A stretch of 64,000 bases of DNA from an uncultured beta proteobacterium (GCA_903932425.1 CAIZGG010000282.1:4049-68048), one strand, 5' to 3'. Positions 20,440 through 31,347 are shown, counted from the first letter of the stretch. Notes: generated from the sequence alone by a model not told the origin. Made by a program: numbers and translations.

Positions 20440-21174
20440 ATGAATACCCAAGAGCGTGACATGTTGAATGCGTTTCTCGCGCAACTCACCCAGGCGCAAG
20501 TTGGCGCCAAAGATCCAGAGGCCGAGACCTTAATTGCCCAGGCGATGGCAAAGCAGCCTCATGCGGGCTACCTGTTGGTGCAAAGAGCGATGCAGTTGGA
20601 TTTTGTTTTGCAGCAGTCACAGGCAAAAGTGGCAGAGCTACAGGCCCAGCTTGACCGTCAACAACCGGCCGCACAGACGAGCTTTTTGGGCGATGCGCAT
20701 GCCTGGGGTCGCGGGCCCTCAGCAACGACAACAGCGCCGAGTGCGAGCCCGGTTGCAACGCAGGGCCAAGGTGCCGCACCAGCCGCGGCCAGGCCAGCGG
20801 TTGCGGGTGCTCCGGTGGCCAGCGCCGCAGCTGCACCGGTTTCGGCACCCGCTGCAGCGCCCGCTCCCTGGGGGTCGAGCGTCATGGGTACGGTCGCGAC
20901 CACTGCTGCTGGGGTGGTCGCAGGATCGTTTTTATATTCAGGCATCCAAAGCTTGATGGGTAACCACAACTCTGGCGGCGCGTTTGGCGCGGGCAACGCT
21001 CACAATAACCAAAATGAACAACCGGCCAGCTATACCGAAAACACCACAGTTGTGAACAATTATTACTCTAACGACCCAGCACCCACTTCGGCTTACGATC
21101 CGCCAGAATTATCAGGTGGCTACGATGTTGCAGATTCAAGTGATGACTTTGGTGGCTCTGACGACACCGCCTGA
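20440..21174 (+). CDS. DUF2076-family protein
   Basis: N-terminal MNTQERD..KDPEAE..QPHAGYLLVQ, an Ala/Pro linker, TAAGVVAG, and an acidic tail. Confidence 0.8.
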   Translation: MNTQERDMLNAFLAQLTQAQVGAKDPEAETLIAQAMAKQPHAGYLLVQRAMQLDFVLQQSQAKVAELQAQLDRQQPAAQTSFLGDAHAWGRGPSATTTAPSASPVATQGQGAAPAAARPAVAGAPVASAAAAPVSAPAAAPAPWGSSVMGTVATTAAGVVAGSFLYSGIQSLMGNHNSGGAFGAGNAHNNQNEQPASYTENTTVVNNYYSNDPAPTSAYDPPELSGGYDVADSSDDFGGSDDTA

Positions 21175-21180
21175 CCAATA

Positions 21181-21204
21181 CGGCACCTCTTGACTGAGGT
21201 GCCG
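21181..21204 (+). terminator. Stem-loop after the DUF2076 gene
   Basis: CGGCACCTC-ttgact-GAGGTGCCG, a 9-bp stem without a U-tract. Confidence 0.45.
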
Positions 21205-21245
21205 CCACCTCTGTACAACACTCACATCGTCTTACAGAGATCAGC

Positions 21246-21974
21246 ATGACAACCATAAAAAAAACCCAGCGCTTTGGCCTGTTGCTACCGTCCTCCAACA
21301 CGACCCAAGAGCCAGAGTTTATTCAAGTCTTGCCGGCTTCAGTGTCGTTGCACTGCGCCCGTTTGACTCTCAGCCAGATTGATCCCGAGTCGACCATCAA
21401 AATCGTGGCCGAACTCGAGACAGAAACGCGCAAGCTCAACGATGCCCGCGTTGATGCCGTTGTCCTTTCAGCCACTGCACCCTCAACGCGTATGGGTAAA
21501 GGCTACGATCAAGAGATTTGTCAGCGCATCGAAAAAGCATGCGGCAAACCTGCCACGACCGCTGCGACCGCAATGTTGCAGGCCTTTGATGTTTTAAACA
21601 TCAAAAAGATTGTGTTGGCGGCGCCCTGGAGTGCTGCCACCAACCAAACCGTTGCCGCTTTTATTGAAGCGAGCGGGGTGCAAGTATTGCATCAGGCTGC
21701 GATGGGTATTGTCAGCAATATCGAAGTTGGAGATCTCGATGCGCAAACGGCGTATGACTTGGGGCGACAGGCTGATCGTGCCGAGGCCGACGCGATCTTC
21801 TTGGCGTGCGGCAACTGGATGACGATGGATATCATCGAAGCGCTTGAGCGTGACACGGGTAAGCCGGTGTTGAGCACCAATAGCTGCGCGCTTTGGGCCA
21901 TGTTGAATATTTTAGGCGGCCATGCTGCAGTGCCTGGATACGGCACTCTGTTAAACGATCATCTGAAGGGCTGA
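21246..21974 (+). CDS. Asp/Glu racemase superfamily protein (maleate isomerase/arylmalonate decarboxylase-like)
   Basis: GLLLPSSNTTQEPEF, IFLACGNW, GKPVLSTN. Confidence 0.82.
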   Translation: MTTIKKTQRFGLLLPSSNTTQEPEFIQVLPASVSLHCARLTLSQIDPESTIKIVAELETETRKLNDARVDAVVLSATAPSTRMGKGYDQEICQRIEKACGKPATTAATAMLQAFDVLNIKKIVLAAPWSAATNQTVAAFIEASGVQVLHQAAMGIVSNIEVGDLDAQTAYDLGRQADRAEADAIFLACGNWMTMDIIEALERDTGKPVLSTNSCALWAMLNILGGHAAVPGYGTLLNDHLKG

Positions 21975-22071
21975 GCGCGCGCTTCTTGAGCGCATGGTTT
22001 TGCCCCTGGTGCAGGGGTAGCTCAAATCCTGTGTTCTGAACGGCTCAATCTTTTTCTTCGGTTAGGTGAAA

Positions 22072-23043
22072 ATGATGCACTCTGAACGAATCGGTTTTTC
22101 TCTGCGCTTTTGGTGTGCCGTGTCTGTCGCGATGCTGCTCGCTTTTCCTGCGCACGCGGCGAACACGATTCGTTTTTACGCCATTGTGGCTGCTGGGGGT
22201 AGCGTCGATGCGATGGCGCGCATCGTTGGTGAAAAATTTGGCCCGCTCGTAGACGCGACTGTGGTCGTCGAAAACAAGCCTGGCGGAGGCGGCAACCTGG
22301 CAACACAAACGGTTGCGCGTGCCGCTCCAGATGGTTTGTCGATTCTAGTCAGTGGCAACAATCACACGTCGAACTTGTCCTTGTATAAAGACACGGGTTA
22401 TCAGCTCGATGACTTGATTCCAGTGGCTGAGTTGATGCGAGGGCCCGCTGTGATTGTTGTTCCAAATAACTCGCCGTATCAGTCGTTTGATCAACTCCTG
22501 GCAGAAGCTAAAAAGCGCCCCGGGCAAGTATCTTTTGGTACAGCAGGTATTGGCACTGCAAGCCATTTTGCAGCTGAATACACCTTTTTTACGGCTCAAG
22601 TGAACATGATCTCGGTGCCATACCGGGGTTCAGGTCCCTCTCTGACAGACCTGATGGGCGGGCAGATTCCGGTGGCAGTGTCGTCGCTTGTCGCAGCAAT
22701 GCCTCTGATCAAAGCGGGCAAGCTCAAAGCCTTAGCGGTCACTTCTCTTAAGCGTTGGCCCGGCGCTGAAAATATTCCAGCAGTCGCTGAGTTTGGTATG
22801 CCAGGCTTTGAACAGTTATCTTGGATTGGTCTGTTTGCGCCCAAAGGGACTCCGCCCGAGATCATCTCGCAATATAGTCAAGCCGCAAAAACTGTATTGG
22901 CGGATCCTGAGGTGCAGCGCAGAGTGGCGGGCCTTGGTGGCGTCGTAGGCGAGTACGGTGCGGCGGATTTTAAAAAATTTATCGAGCAAGACTATGACAT
23001 CGTGCAGAAAATCGTCAAAAGTTCTGGTATGAAACCGGACTGA
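22072..23043 (+). CDS. Bug/TctC substrate-binding protein
   Basis: AGGSVD, VENKPGGGG, VPYRG, WIGLFAPKGTP. Confidence 0.92.
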   Translation: MMHSERIGFSLRFWCAVSVAMLLAFPAHAANTIRFYAIVAAGGSVDAMARIVGEKFGPLVDATVVVENKPGGGGNLATQTVARAAPDGLSILVSGNNHTSNLSLYKDTGYQLDDLIPVAELMRGPAVIVVPNNSPYQSFDQLLAEAKKRPGQVSFGTAGIGTASHFAAEYTFFTAQVNMISVPYRGSGPSLTDLMGGQIPVAVSSLVAAMPLIKAGKLKALAVTSLKRWPGAENIPAVAEFGMPGFEQLSWIGLFAPKGTPPEIISQYSQAAKTVLADPEVQRRVAGLGGVVGEYGAADFKKFIEQDYDIVQKIVKSSGMKPD

Positions 23044-23079
23044 CTTTACGAGAACGCCTAACTCTGCTCAGCAAGCTGG

Positions 23080-23772
23080 CTAGGCAGGGTGTTTTAACTC
23101 GAGACCTGTTCTTGCTTTAAACGCGGCCAGATCGTCAACCGTATCAATGTCAACGACGAAATGTTCGTTTTCGGTTGGGTAGGGATCCACCAACTCGGGG
23201 TGCGCTTGTATAAAACCACGACAGGTCACGCTTGGATCCGCAGAGACAATCAACGAAACGGTTTCCTTTGAAATTGCAACGGGGTTGCCACGCTGCCCAC
23301 CAACGACGGGATAACGAATCTGGGTCATCGGCTTACGTTGCGCAAAGGCGGCTGTGAGCGCAACAAAATCTTCGGCGTTTAACAGAGGCTGATCTGCCAA
23401 AGTGATAAACGTGAAGTCAAAAGGCGCCCGCAATCTGCTTAACCCTAAGCGCACCGACGATTGTTGCCCAGCTTCAGGCTGACCATTTCGAACAATGTCG
23501 ACGTGCAAGGGTTTTAACTCAGCCTCAATCAAGGCATGAAAGTAACCAGTGACCACCACAATTTGATGGATGCCTGCCAAGCGCAGGGCTGCGATTTGCC
23601 GAGCTAACAAAGTCTGGCCATTGAGTCTGAGCAAACTCTTTGGCATACCCCCTAGTCGCGAGCCTTCACCTGCAGCCAAGAGCACGGCAGCAGGTACACC
23701 TAGAGGTTTTGCTGAGGTGCTGGTGTGCCTGGGTGCCGAATTTGCAGGGGTATTGGGTGTGCGTTCAGTCAT
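23080..23772 (-). CDS. MobA/MocA-like NTP transferase
   Basis: LLAAGEGSRLGG..K, LADQP, GNPV, DIDT. Confidence 0.85.
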   Translation of the reverse strand: MTERTPNTPANSAPRHTSTSAKPLGVPAAVLLAAGEGSRLGGMPKSLLRLNGQTLLARQIAALRLAGIHQIVVVTGYFHALIEAELKPLHVDIVRNGQPEAGQQSSVRLGLSRLRAPFDFTFITLADQPLLNAEDFVALTAAFAQRKPMTQIRYPVVGGQRGNPVAISKETVSLIVSADPSVTCRGFIQAHPELVDPYPTENEHFVVDIDTVDDLAAFKARTGLELKHPA

Positions 23773-23779
23773 GCAAAGC

Positions 23780-25348
23780 TCAGGTCACGGGTGCAGGATT
23801 AAACAGGACCAATGCATTGGCGATTTTCCAGTGTTCAGCCCAGGTCTTACGACCGCTAGCGACCTCGAGCATTAAGCGAAAAATTTCCCAGCCAAGCTCT
23901 TCGATTGAAAGTTCACCATCGGCGATGCGACCCGCATTAACATCCATGATGTCATGCCAGCGACGCGCCAGATCCGTACGAGTGGCTACTTTGATAACAG
24001 GACATTCGGCCAAGCCATAGGGTGTGCCTCGGCCCGTTGTAAAGATATGAAGATTCATGCCGGCCGCGAGTTGCAAGGTGCCACAAATGAAATCGCTCGC
24101 TGGGGTCGCGGCATACACAAGGCCTCGCTGCTCGCGGGTGAGTTTTTCGCCTGGCGGCAAACAGCTCGAAATCGCTGAGCTGCCGCTTTTGATAATCGAA
24201 CCCATCGCTTTTTCGACGATGTTTGACAGACCACCTGCTTTGTTACCGGGTGTTGTGTTGGCGCTGCGATCGACGTTGGCGCGTGCCAGGTAATTGTCGT
24301 ACCAGCCAAGCTGAGTCACAATATCCTGAGCGACGCTTGCATTGGCGGCGCGCGAGGTCAATTGGTCTACGCCGTCACGCACTTCGGTGTTTTCGCTAAA
24401 CATCACAGTGGCGCCTGCGCGCACCAATAAGTCTGCCGCTACGCCAAGCGCGGGGTTGGCGGTGACGCCACTTAACGCGTCGCTGCCCCCACATTGCATA
24501 CCAACAATCAGCTCGCTCGCGGGCACCGTTTGGCGAGTGCGTTGATTCAGGCGATTCAGATGCACAGTTGCTTCAGCCATGATGGCTTGAATCATGGACA
24601 TGAAGCCGACATGTTGAGAATCCTGCAGGCAGACGGTATCAACACCGGTTGAGCGCTCGTCCTTGATTGGATAGCTGCCCGGTGGCATGAGGCGATCAGG
24701 CTGTAGTTTTTCGCAGCCTAGGCTCACCACCATCACTTCACCACCAAAATTTGGGTTCAGACTAATGTTACGGATGGTGCGGATCGGGATGATGGCCTCG
24801 GCAGCATCGATGGCGACGCCGCAACCGTAGGTGTGCTCAAGACCGACGACGTCGTCGACGTTGGGGTATTTGGGCAGCAATTCGGCTTTGATTCGCTGAA
24901 CCGCAAATTCAACCACTCCGGCAACGCACTGCACGGTCGTGGTGATTGCCAGAATGTTGCGCGTGCCGACCGAGCCATCGGCATTGCGGTAGCCTTCAAA
25001 GGTATAGCCTTCAAGAGGCTCGGTCGAGGCTGGTTTGACCGTTGCGATCGGTAAGTTTTCAAAGTTGCGCGCTTCGGGCATGCGCAAGAGTCGCTCGTGC
25101 ACCCAACTGCCAGCGGGGATAGGCTTGAGGGCATACCCAATCGCTAGGCCGTAACGAATTACGGGCGCATCTTGTGCGAAATCAACTAACGCAACCTTGT
25201 GCGCCTGCGGGACTTTGTTCACCAACACTAAGCCAGACGGCAAGACCGTGCCTGCGGGAAGCCCGCCATCATTGCCAACGATCGCGACGTTGTCGAGTTC
25301 GTGCATTTTAATGAGATGGGGCTTCGGATGTTGTTGCTCGATTGTCAT
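23780..25348 (-). CDS. garD: Galactarate dehydratase (UxaA/GarD family)
   Basis: N-terminal SAF domain, [33 protein letters not shown]-terminus. Confidence 0.9.
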   Translation of the reverse strand: MTIEQQHPKPHLIKMHELDNVAIVGNDGGLPAGTVLPSGLVLVNKVPQAHKVALVDFAQDAPVIRYGLAIGYALKPIPAGSWVHERLLRMPEARNFENLPIATVKPASTEPLEGYTFEGYRNADGSVGTRNILAITTTVQCVAGVVEFAVQRIKAELLPKYPNVDDVVGLEHTYGCGVAIDAAEAIIPIRTIRNISLNPNFGGEVMVVSLGCEKLQPDRLMPPGSYPIKDERSTGVDTVCLQDSQHVGFMSMIQAIMAEATVHLNRLNQRTRQTVPASELIVGMQCGGSDALSGVTANPALGVAADLLVRAGATVMFSENTEVRDGVDQLTSRAANASVAQDIVTQLGWYDNYLARANVDRSANTTPGNKAGGLSNIVEKAMGSIIKSGSSAISSCLPPGEKLTREQRGLVYAATPASDFICGTLQLAAGMNLHIFTTGRGTPYGLAECPVIKVATRTDLARRWHDIMDVNAGRIADGELSIEELGWEIFRLMLEVASGRKTWAEHWKIANALVLFNPAPVT

Positions 25349-25476
25349 TGGAGTTTTTCGTTCTTTTTTATGAGGCAAGAGGGCGCGTACAGGTTGCGAT
25401 CGATCGTTCTGAGTGTATCGTATTGCCTGATCCATGAACAATTTCCTTTTTTCTTTGCTGCCCTTGAGTCTTCTTC

Positions 25477-26639
25477 ATGAAAATTACAGAAATCCGCGAA
25501 TCGACACGACCGATTAAATCCAATATCCGCAACGCCTATATTGATTTTTCAAAAATGACCTTGAGCCTGGTTGCCGTTGTGACGGATGTGATCCGAGACG
25601 GTAAACCCGTGATTGGCTACGGCTTTAATTCGAACGGGCGTTACGGGCAGGGCGCATTGATGCGCGAGCGGTTCATTCCTCGGGTGCTTGAAGCGAATCC
25701 TGACACGTTGCTTGATACGAAGGGTGTTTTGTGCCCGCATAAGATCTGGGCAACGATGATGAACAATGAGAAGCCCGGTGGTCATGGCGAGCGCTCGGTG
25801 GCGATTGGTACGATTGATATGGCGATCTGGGATGCGGTGGCTAAGATTGAAGGTTTGCCGCTTTATCAGTTGTTGGCCGAGCGCTACGGCGATGGCAAGC
25901 CCAAGCGCGACGTGTTTGTTTACGCTGCTGGGGGTATTACTGGCCGGGGCAGGGTATCGAGGGCCTCACCCGTGAAATGCAAAGCTATCTTGATCGTGGA
26001 TACTCGGTCGTCAAGAAAAAGATTGGGGGAGGCTCGTTAGCTGAAGACTGTAAACGCATCGAAGCGGTCTTGAAGTTGTTGGGCCCTGGGCAGCGGTTAG
26101 CTGTGGATGCGAACGGTCGTTTCGATTTGAAGACGGCGATTGAATATGGCAAAGCCTTGTCGCAGTACGATTTATTTTGGTACGAAGAGGCCGGCGATCC
26201 ACTCGACTTTGAATTACAGGCAGAGTTAGCCAATCATTATGACAAACCCATGGCAACTGGTGAAAACCTGTTTTCTATGCAAGATGCTCGTAATTTAATA
26301 CGTTATGGTGGCATGCGCCGTGATCGTGACTGGCTCCAATTTGATTGCGCATTAAGTTATGGCTTGGTTGAATACTTACGCACTCTTGAGATGCTCAAAG
26401 AGTATGACTGGTCACCGAAGCGCTGTGTGCCGCACGGCGGGCATCAAATGTCGCTGGCAATCGCCGCGGGCCTGGGCCTGGGCGGTAACGAGAGCTATCC
26501 CGATTTGTTTCAACCCTATGGAGGGTTTCCGGATGGCGTCAAGGTCGAGAACAGTATCGTGACCCTTCCTGAGTTAGTCGGGATCGGGTTTGAGGGTAAA
26601 GCTGACCTGTATGCCGAGATGAAAGCGTTGGCAAGTTAA
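25477..26639 (+). pseudogene. tarD: D-tartrate dehydratase (mandelate racemase subgroup), frameshifted at a G5 run (25930-25934)
   Basis: The N half (IRNAYIDF, NSNGRYGQ, NEKPGGHGERSVA) and C half (KKIGG, DANG, WYEE, TGEN, PHGGH, NESYP) lie in different frames. One extra G restores AAGGYYWPG. Confidence 0.85.
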
Positions 26640-26719
26640 CGGTTGCCAGCATTCAACCCTCAGTACTTAAGCGTTTGCAGCGCCTGGGTGCTGAAGCTTG
26701 AATGCAAAACCACGACCGC

Positions 26720-27826
26720 TTAACGAACCTGCTGAAACTTTTGCGCCCGTTTCGCTGTGTCGGCCTCGGCTGTGTAAACGTTGCCCATTGAGTCAATGGC
26801 GATATTATGAATCGAGTGAAAATCCCCAGCCATCCGGCCTGAGCGGCCAAAGGTACCAACGACTTCGCCTGTCTCACGTACTAGAATCCTGACCTCATTG
26901 TTCGAACCGTCCGCGACTAAGATATATTTTTGCGCCGCGTCCTGGGTTGGAACCAAATCGGCCACCGTGTTGCGCGTTTCAGGTTCGGTCACGATTTGCC
27001 GAAGAAACTTGCCGTCTTTAGAGAACACTTGAATGCGGTTGTTTGCACGGTCGCAGACGAAAACAGTTTGATCTTTCATCAGTCTGACGCAATGCACACC
27101 TTGACCAAACTGCGGTGATTGTGGATTGTGGTCCGGGATCTTCGTATCGTCTGGCACATTGCCAAAGGCACCCCAATGGCGCTTATAGGCACCGGTCGTT
27201 GCGTCAAACACGATTACGCGTCGATTCTGATAGCCGTCGACAATAAATAATTCATTGGTCGCCTGATCAAGTTCCATGTGGGCGGGGCGGCCAAGCTGTG
27301 TTGTTGAGTTACTGCCAAGACTTTTGCCTGGCGAACCGATTTGCATTAAAAATTTACCATCAGCCGTAAATTTCAAGACCATGTTATCGGTAGGATCGTT
27401 ACCCCCAATCCACACGTTGCCGGTCGGGTCTACATAGATGCCATGTTCATTCTTCGGCCAGTCGTAGCCCGCTCCTGCACCACCCCAGCCACGCAGAAAA
27501 TTGCCATCCCGGTCGAATTCCATCACTGGAGGTGCGGCGATGCAGCATTTTGATCTGGGTGGGGTCGTGGTGGCGCCGCGTTCATCTTCGGCGAGGCTTC
27601 TGGGGCGATGCAGCACCCAGATATGATCGTTCTTGTCAGTGGCGATGCCTGAGACCTGACCTAGTAGCCAGTTATTGGGAAGGGGCTTGGGCCAGTAGGG
27701 ATCAACCGCGTAGGCGGGCCCGGCAGCAGCGCCTTCAACGCGTTTGCTGTTGTTGACACAGGCTGTGAGTAGAATGGCGGCGAGCATAAAAAATGCGAGC
27801 CTGAATAACGAACGGGCGAGGGTCAT
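26720..27826 (-). CDS. NHL-repeat beta-propeller lipoprotein, PAL (amidating lyase)-like
   Basis: Lipobox LTAC, WPKPLP, EHGIYVD, DGYQNRR, HCV, CDRANNRIQVF, HNIAIDS.GNVY.AE. Confidence 0.75.
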   Translation of the reverse strand: MTLARSLFRLAFFMLAAILLTACVNNSKRVEGAAAGPAYAVDPYWPKPLPNNWLLGQVSGIATDKNDHIWVLHRPRSLAEDERGATTTPPRSKCCIAAPPVMEFDRDGNFLRGWGGAGAGYDWPKNEHGIYVDPTGNVWIGGNDPTDNMVLKFTADGKFLMQIGSPGKSLGSNSTTQLGRPAHMELDQATNELFIVDGYQNRRVIVFDATTGAYKRHWGAFGNVPDDTKIPDHNPQSPQFGQGVHCVRLMKDQTVFVCDRANNRIQVFSKDGKFLRQIVTEPETRNTVADLVPTQDAAQKYILVADGSNNEVRILVRETGEVVGTFGRSGRMAGDFHSIHNIAIDSMGNVYTAEADTAKRAQKFQQVR

Positions 27827-28001
27827 TGAAGTCTCCGATTTTCGATTAGTTTGCAGTGATGCTAACACCCAATGGTGTTAAGTTCTATCAATTGAGACTG
27901 TGCACGGAATGGGCAAGAAAAATTGAGTATGCTTTGCCCGTTGTCTTTGTCCCGACCCTGAGAAATATTGTTGTCTTAAGCATCACAAGTTTTACGATTC
28001 G

Positions 28002-28778
28002 ATGAGTCACTTGGGTGTTCATCAAAATGAGGGCCTAAGTAATGGCAAGAGTATGAAAAACAGTGAGGCCATGAACAAAAATAAAGCACATCGGCTCACC
28101 GTGGCCGCAGTGCTCAATGCGTTAAAGCCTCAAACGGTGCTTGATATCTGTTGTGGAGATGGCTGGTTGCCTGGCGCGCTGGCTCAGCCAACACAGGTCG
28201 ACGGGATTGATTTTTATACTGACGCGCCCGTCGGATATGCCAAGTTTCAAACGGCTGATTTCAACCAGGGGATCCCAGAGGCCTTCGGGCAATATGACGC
28301 TGCGATTTGTTGTGAGGCGATGGGGTATCTGCAAAACCCCGGGCTGTTTTTGCAAAGCGTGCGCGCGCACTTGAGGCCGGGTGCTACGTTTGTGCTTTCG
28401 CTGCCAAATCCAAACTACGCGGGGGCGCGCCTGAATCATCTTATTCAGGGCTTTCCGCGTTCGTATTCTTGGTTTGCGCAAAACACTGCGGCCGAGCCTC
28501 ACATGCCCTGGCTGACACTGGGCTTGTTTCAACTATGGCTATTGCTTGGTTTAAATGGGTTTAGCGACATTACCGTGCACGAGGTCGACGAAAAAAAACC
28601 ACGGCGCCAGTCTGAGAGAATCATCGGCTGGTTTATCAAGGGCTATGCCCGAAAAAAAATTAAATCAGCGCAGTCTGCTGCGGTGTCGCAGCTTTGGCGC
28701 CAGGCCTTGTCCGACCAGGTGGTGTACGGTCGACAGTTAGTGGTCTCTGCTAAAGTGAGCGCCCAGGTTGCAGACTGA
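28002..28778 (+). CDS. Class I SAM-dependent methyltransferase (start uncertain)
   Basis: VLDICCGDG, GIDF, LRPGA..LSLPN. Confidence 0.8.
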   Translation: MSHLGVHQNEGLSNGKSMKNSEAMNKNKAHRLTVAAVLNALKPQTVLDICCGDGWLPGALAQPTQVDGIDFYTDAPVGYAKFQTADFNQGIPEAFGQYDAAICCEAMGYLQNPGLFLQSVRAHLRPGATFVLSLPNPNYAGARLNHLIQGFPRSYSWFAQNTAAEPHMPWLTLGLFQLWLLLGLNGFSDITVHEVDEKKPRRQSERIIGWFIKGYARKKIKSAQSAAVSQLWRQALSDQVVYGRQLVVSAKVSAQVAD

Positions 28779-28876
28779 GGCTTAACCACAGGCTTGATCG
28801 TTACACGCTTGCTCATCACACGCTTGATTTTTACACTGATCGTCATCGGCATGACGCTTTTCAACTGAATCTTTAA

Positions 28877-30259
28877 ATGACAAACACAGCCATTCACCCC
28901 GCAACAGATGTTTCACTTTCTTTAGCGCACTTTGTTCAAAACTGCTGTTGGGATGACATCCCAGAAGTGGTGCGGCACGAGGCCAAACGCTCGTTATTAA
29001 ATTATTTCTCGACGGCGTTGTCTGCCTGCTTTGATCCAACAATTGAGCGCGCTGCACGGGTCTATGGACGCTTTTCGGTCGGGCCACAGGCGACGGTCAT
29101 TGGTCGCGGGCAACGACTCGATATGCTGACCGCGGCCGCGCTGAACACCATGGCCGCCAACGTGTTTGACTTTGACGACACCCATATTCCAACGATCATC
29201 CATCCGACCGCGCCGGTCGCCCCTGCGGTCTTTGCCTGGTCTGAGACGCAGCGCACGAGCGGGATCGAGTTGCTTCTTGGATTTATTTTAGGAGTTGAGG
29301 CCGAGTGTCGCATTGGCAATGCAGTGTCGCCTGGGCACTATGCTCGCGGGTGGCATATCACCTCGACTTGCGGAGTTTTTGGTTCGGCGCTCGCCACCGG
29401 TAAGTTGCTTGGCTTAAGCGCGCAGCAATTGGTGTGGGCCTTAGGGTCGGCCTCGGCGCAAGCCTCGGGCTTGGTGGAGACCTTAGGCACCATGTCTAAA
29501 AGCGTCAGTATGGGTAACGCTGCACGCAACGGTATGTTGTCAGCCTTCTTGGCACAACAAGATTTTGATGGCCCGGCTCAGCCCCTTGAGGGCGTACGGG
29601 GTTTTTTAAATGTGACGGCCGAGACACCTGACTGCCAGAGTATTGTTAGCGACTTGGGGGTGCGTTGGGAAATCCTCAACAACACCTACAAGCCGTTTCC
29701 GTGCGGGGTCGTATTGAATCCGGTGATTGAGGCCTGTCTGGGCTTGTCCCAGCACCCAGAACTTATGCAGCAGGGTTTAGAAGCCGTCGAGCGTATTGAG
29801 TTGATCGGTCACCCTTTGTTACGACAGCGGACTGACCGGCCTCATGTGACAACGGGTCGCGAGTCGCAGGTCAGTGCGCAACATGCAGTCGCCGTTTCCT
29901 TGACGCGTGGCAAAGCGGGACTAGCAGAGTTTAGTGATCAAGCTGTTTCGGATACGAGCTTGCGAGCCTTGGGTGCTAAAGTCGCCTTCGTGGATGATGC
30001 CTCGTTTGCGGTTGAGGCTGCGACAGTTAAGTTGCACCTGCGCGGTGGGCAGCGACTTGAAGTGGCGATTGATATCGCGCGCGGAGCACGGGGCAAGCCG
30101 CTTTCAGATCAAGACATTGAAAACAAAGTTCGCACGCTATGCGAATATGGGGGCTCGGGCTGCAACCCTGAGCCCTTGATTGACGCCGTTTGGTCAATGG
30201 ATCGTGCTGCAGACGTGGGACAACTGATGCAATGCGTTGTCGGAAGCGCAAAACCTTAA
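28877..30259 (+). CDS. MmgE/PrpD family protein
   Basis: DFDDTH, IHP, GWHITST, KPFPCG. Confidence 0.9.
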   Translation: MTNTAIHPATDVSLSLAHFVQNCCWDDIPEVVRHEAKRSLLNYFSTALSACFDPTIERAARVYGRFSVGPQATVIGRGQRLDMLTAAALNTMAANVFDFDDTHIPTIIHPTAPVAPAVFAWSETQRTSGIELLLGFILGVEAECRIGNAVSPGHYARGWHITSTCGVFGSALATGKLLGLSAQQLVWALGSASAQASGLVETLGTMSKSVSMGNAARNGMLSAFLAQQDFDGPAQPLEGVRGFLNVTAETPDCQSIVSDLGVRWEILNNTYKPFPCGVVLNPVIEACLGLSQHPELMQQGLEAVERIELIGHPLLRQRTDRPHVTTGRESQVSAQHAVAVSLTRGKAGLAEFSDQAVSDTSLRALGAKVAFVDDASFAVEAATVKLHLRGGQRLEVAIDIARGARGKPLSDQDIENKVRTLCEYGGSGCNPEPLIDAVWSMDRAADVGQLMQCVVGSAKP

Positions 30260-30280
30260 CGAGATTAAAAGAGGCGAACG

Positions 30281-31303
30281 ATGCTAAAAGTCAGGGATAG
30301 GTCAACGCAAGCGCGCGTAAGGTTGGCTGGATTGCTTGCGAAGCTGAACGTTGCATGCTTTTTGCTCGTCACTTTTATGGGCGCGCAAGTGTGCGCGCAG
30401 ACTTCTTTTAAACCGACGGCTCCGGTCAAAATTGTGGTGATGTTTCCGCCGGGTGGCGGAACTGATGCCGTGGCTCGAATTGTGGGCGAACGACTGACTG
30501 AGTTGTGGCAACAGCAGGTGATCATCGAAAATAAAGCCGGTGCACAAGGCAATATTGGCACCGCGTATGCGTCGAAAGCAACGCCTGACGGCTACACCTT
30601 AATGATTGCACATCAGGGCGTGATGACGGTCAATCCGCATCTTTACAAAGATATGGGGTTCGATGTCAAAAAAGATATTGTCCCGGTCGGGCGACTCACC
30701 CAACAGCCCTTCGTGCTCGTTGCGCACCCCTCAGTGCCGGTGAACACACTGAAAGACGTTGAAGCGCTGGCCAAAAGCAAGCCCGGCAAACTGACCTATG
30801 GCTCAAGCGCCGCAGGCCCGCAACTGGCGGTTGAACTCTTTAAATTCACCACAGGTGTTGATTTGTTGCATGTGGCTTATAAAGGGGCAGGTCCTGCCGT
30901 GATCGATGTCTTGGGGGGCAATATCGACTTGTTGGTGGCCAATCCGTCTTCGGTGGCACAGCATGTGCAAGCCGGTAAGCTTCGTGTGATTGTGCTGTTT
31001 GGCTCGCAAGGGGTAGGGGTGCTGCCGGGCGCGCCCACTGCGATCGATGCGGGCTATCCTGCCTTGGGCGATATTCCTGAGTGGTATGGGCTAGCCGTGC
31101 CGGCCCAGACCCCCGTTGCTCTGATCGCTGCGTTGAATCACGATGTCAACACGGTACTTTCTGAACCAACGGTACAAAAACGCATTAGTGCCTTGGGCTT
31201 GAACGCTTCGCCAAGCACGCCTGCCGAGTTTTTAGACCAAATTAACCGAGACTATGCGCGCTGGGGTAGTTTGATACAAAAAGCGGGGATACGGTTTGAG
31301 TGA
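30281..31303 (+). CDS. Bug/TctC substrate-binding protein
   Basis: FPPGGGTD, IENKAGA, PDGYTL, HVAYKG. Confidence 0.92.
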   Translation: MLKVRDRSTQARVRLAGLLAKLNVACFLLVTFMGAQVCAQTSFKPTAPVKIVVMFPPGGGTDAVARIVGERLTELWQQQVIIENKAGAQGNIGTAYASKATPDGYTLMIAHQGVMTVNPHLYKDMGFDVKKDIVPVGRLTQQPFVLVAHPSVPVNTLKDVEALAKSKPGKLTYGSSAAGPQLAVELFKFTTGVDLLHVAYKGAGPAVIDVLGGNIDLLVANPSSVAQHVQAGKLRVIVLFGSQGVGVLPGAPTAIDAGYPALGDIPEWYGLAVPAQTPVALIAALNHDVNTVLSEPTVQKRISALGLNASPSTPAEFLDQINRDYARWGSLIQKAGIRFE

Positions 31304-31347
31304 GCCGCTTGCCTGATTGTTGTCTTATCAACTGTTTTAAGTTTGGC

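Noticed and set aside
20740-20870. GC-rich quasi-repeats within the DUF2076 gene
   Set aside because: They are explained by the Ala/Pro linker codons.
23080-23772. MocA-like gene as evidence of a molybdoenzyme cluster
   Set aside because: No molybdoenzyme or xdhC gene is in the window; its position after garD is probably incidental.
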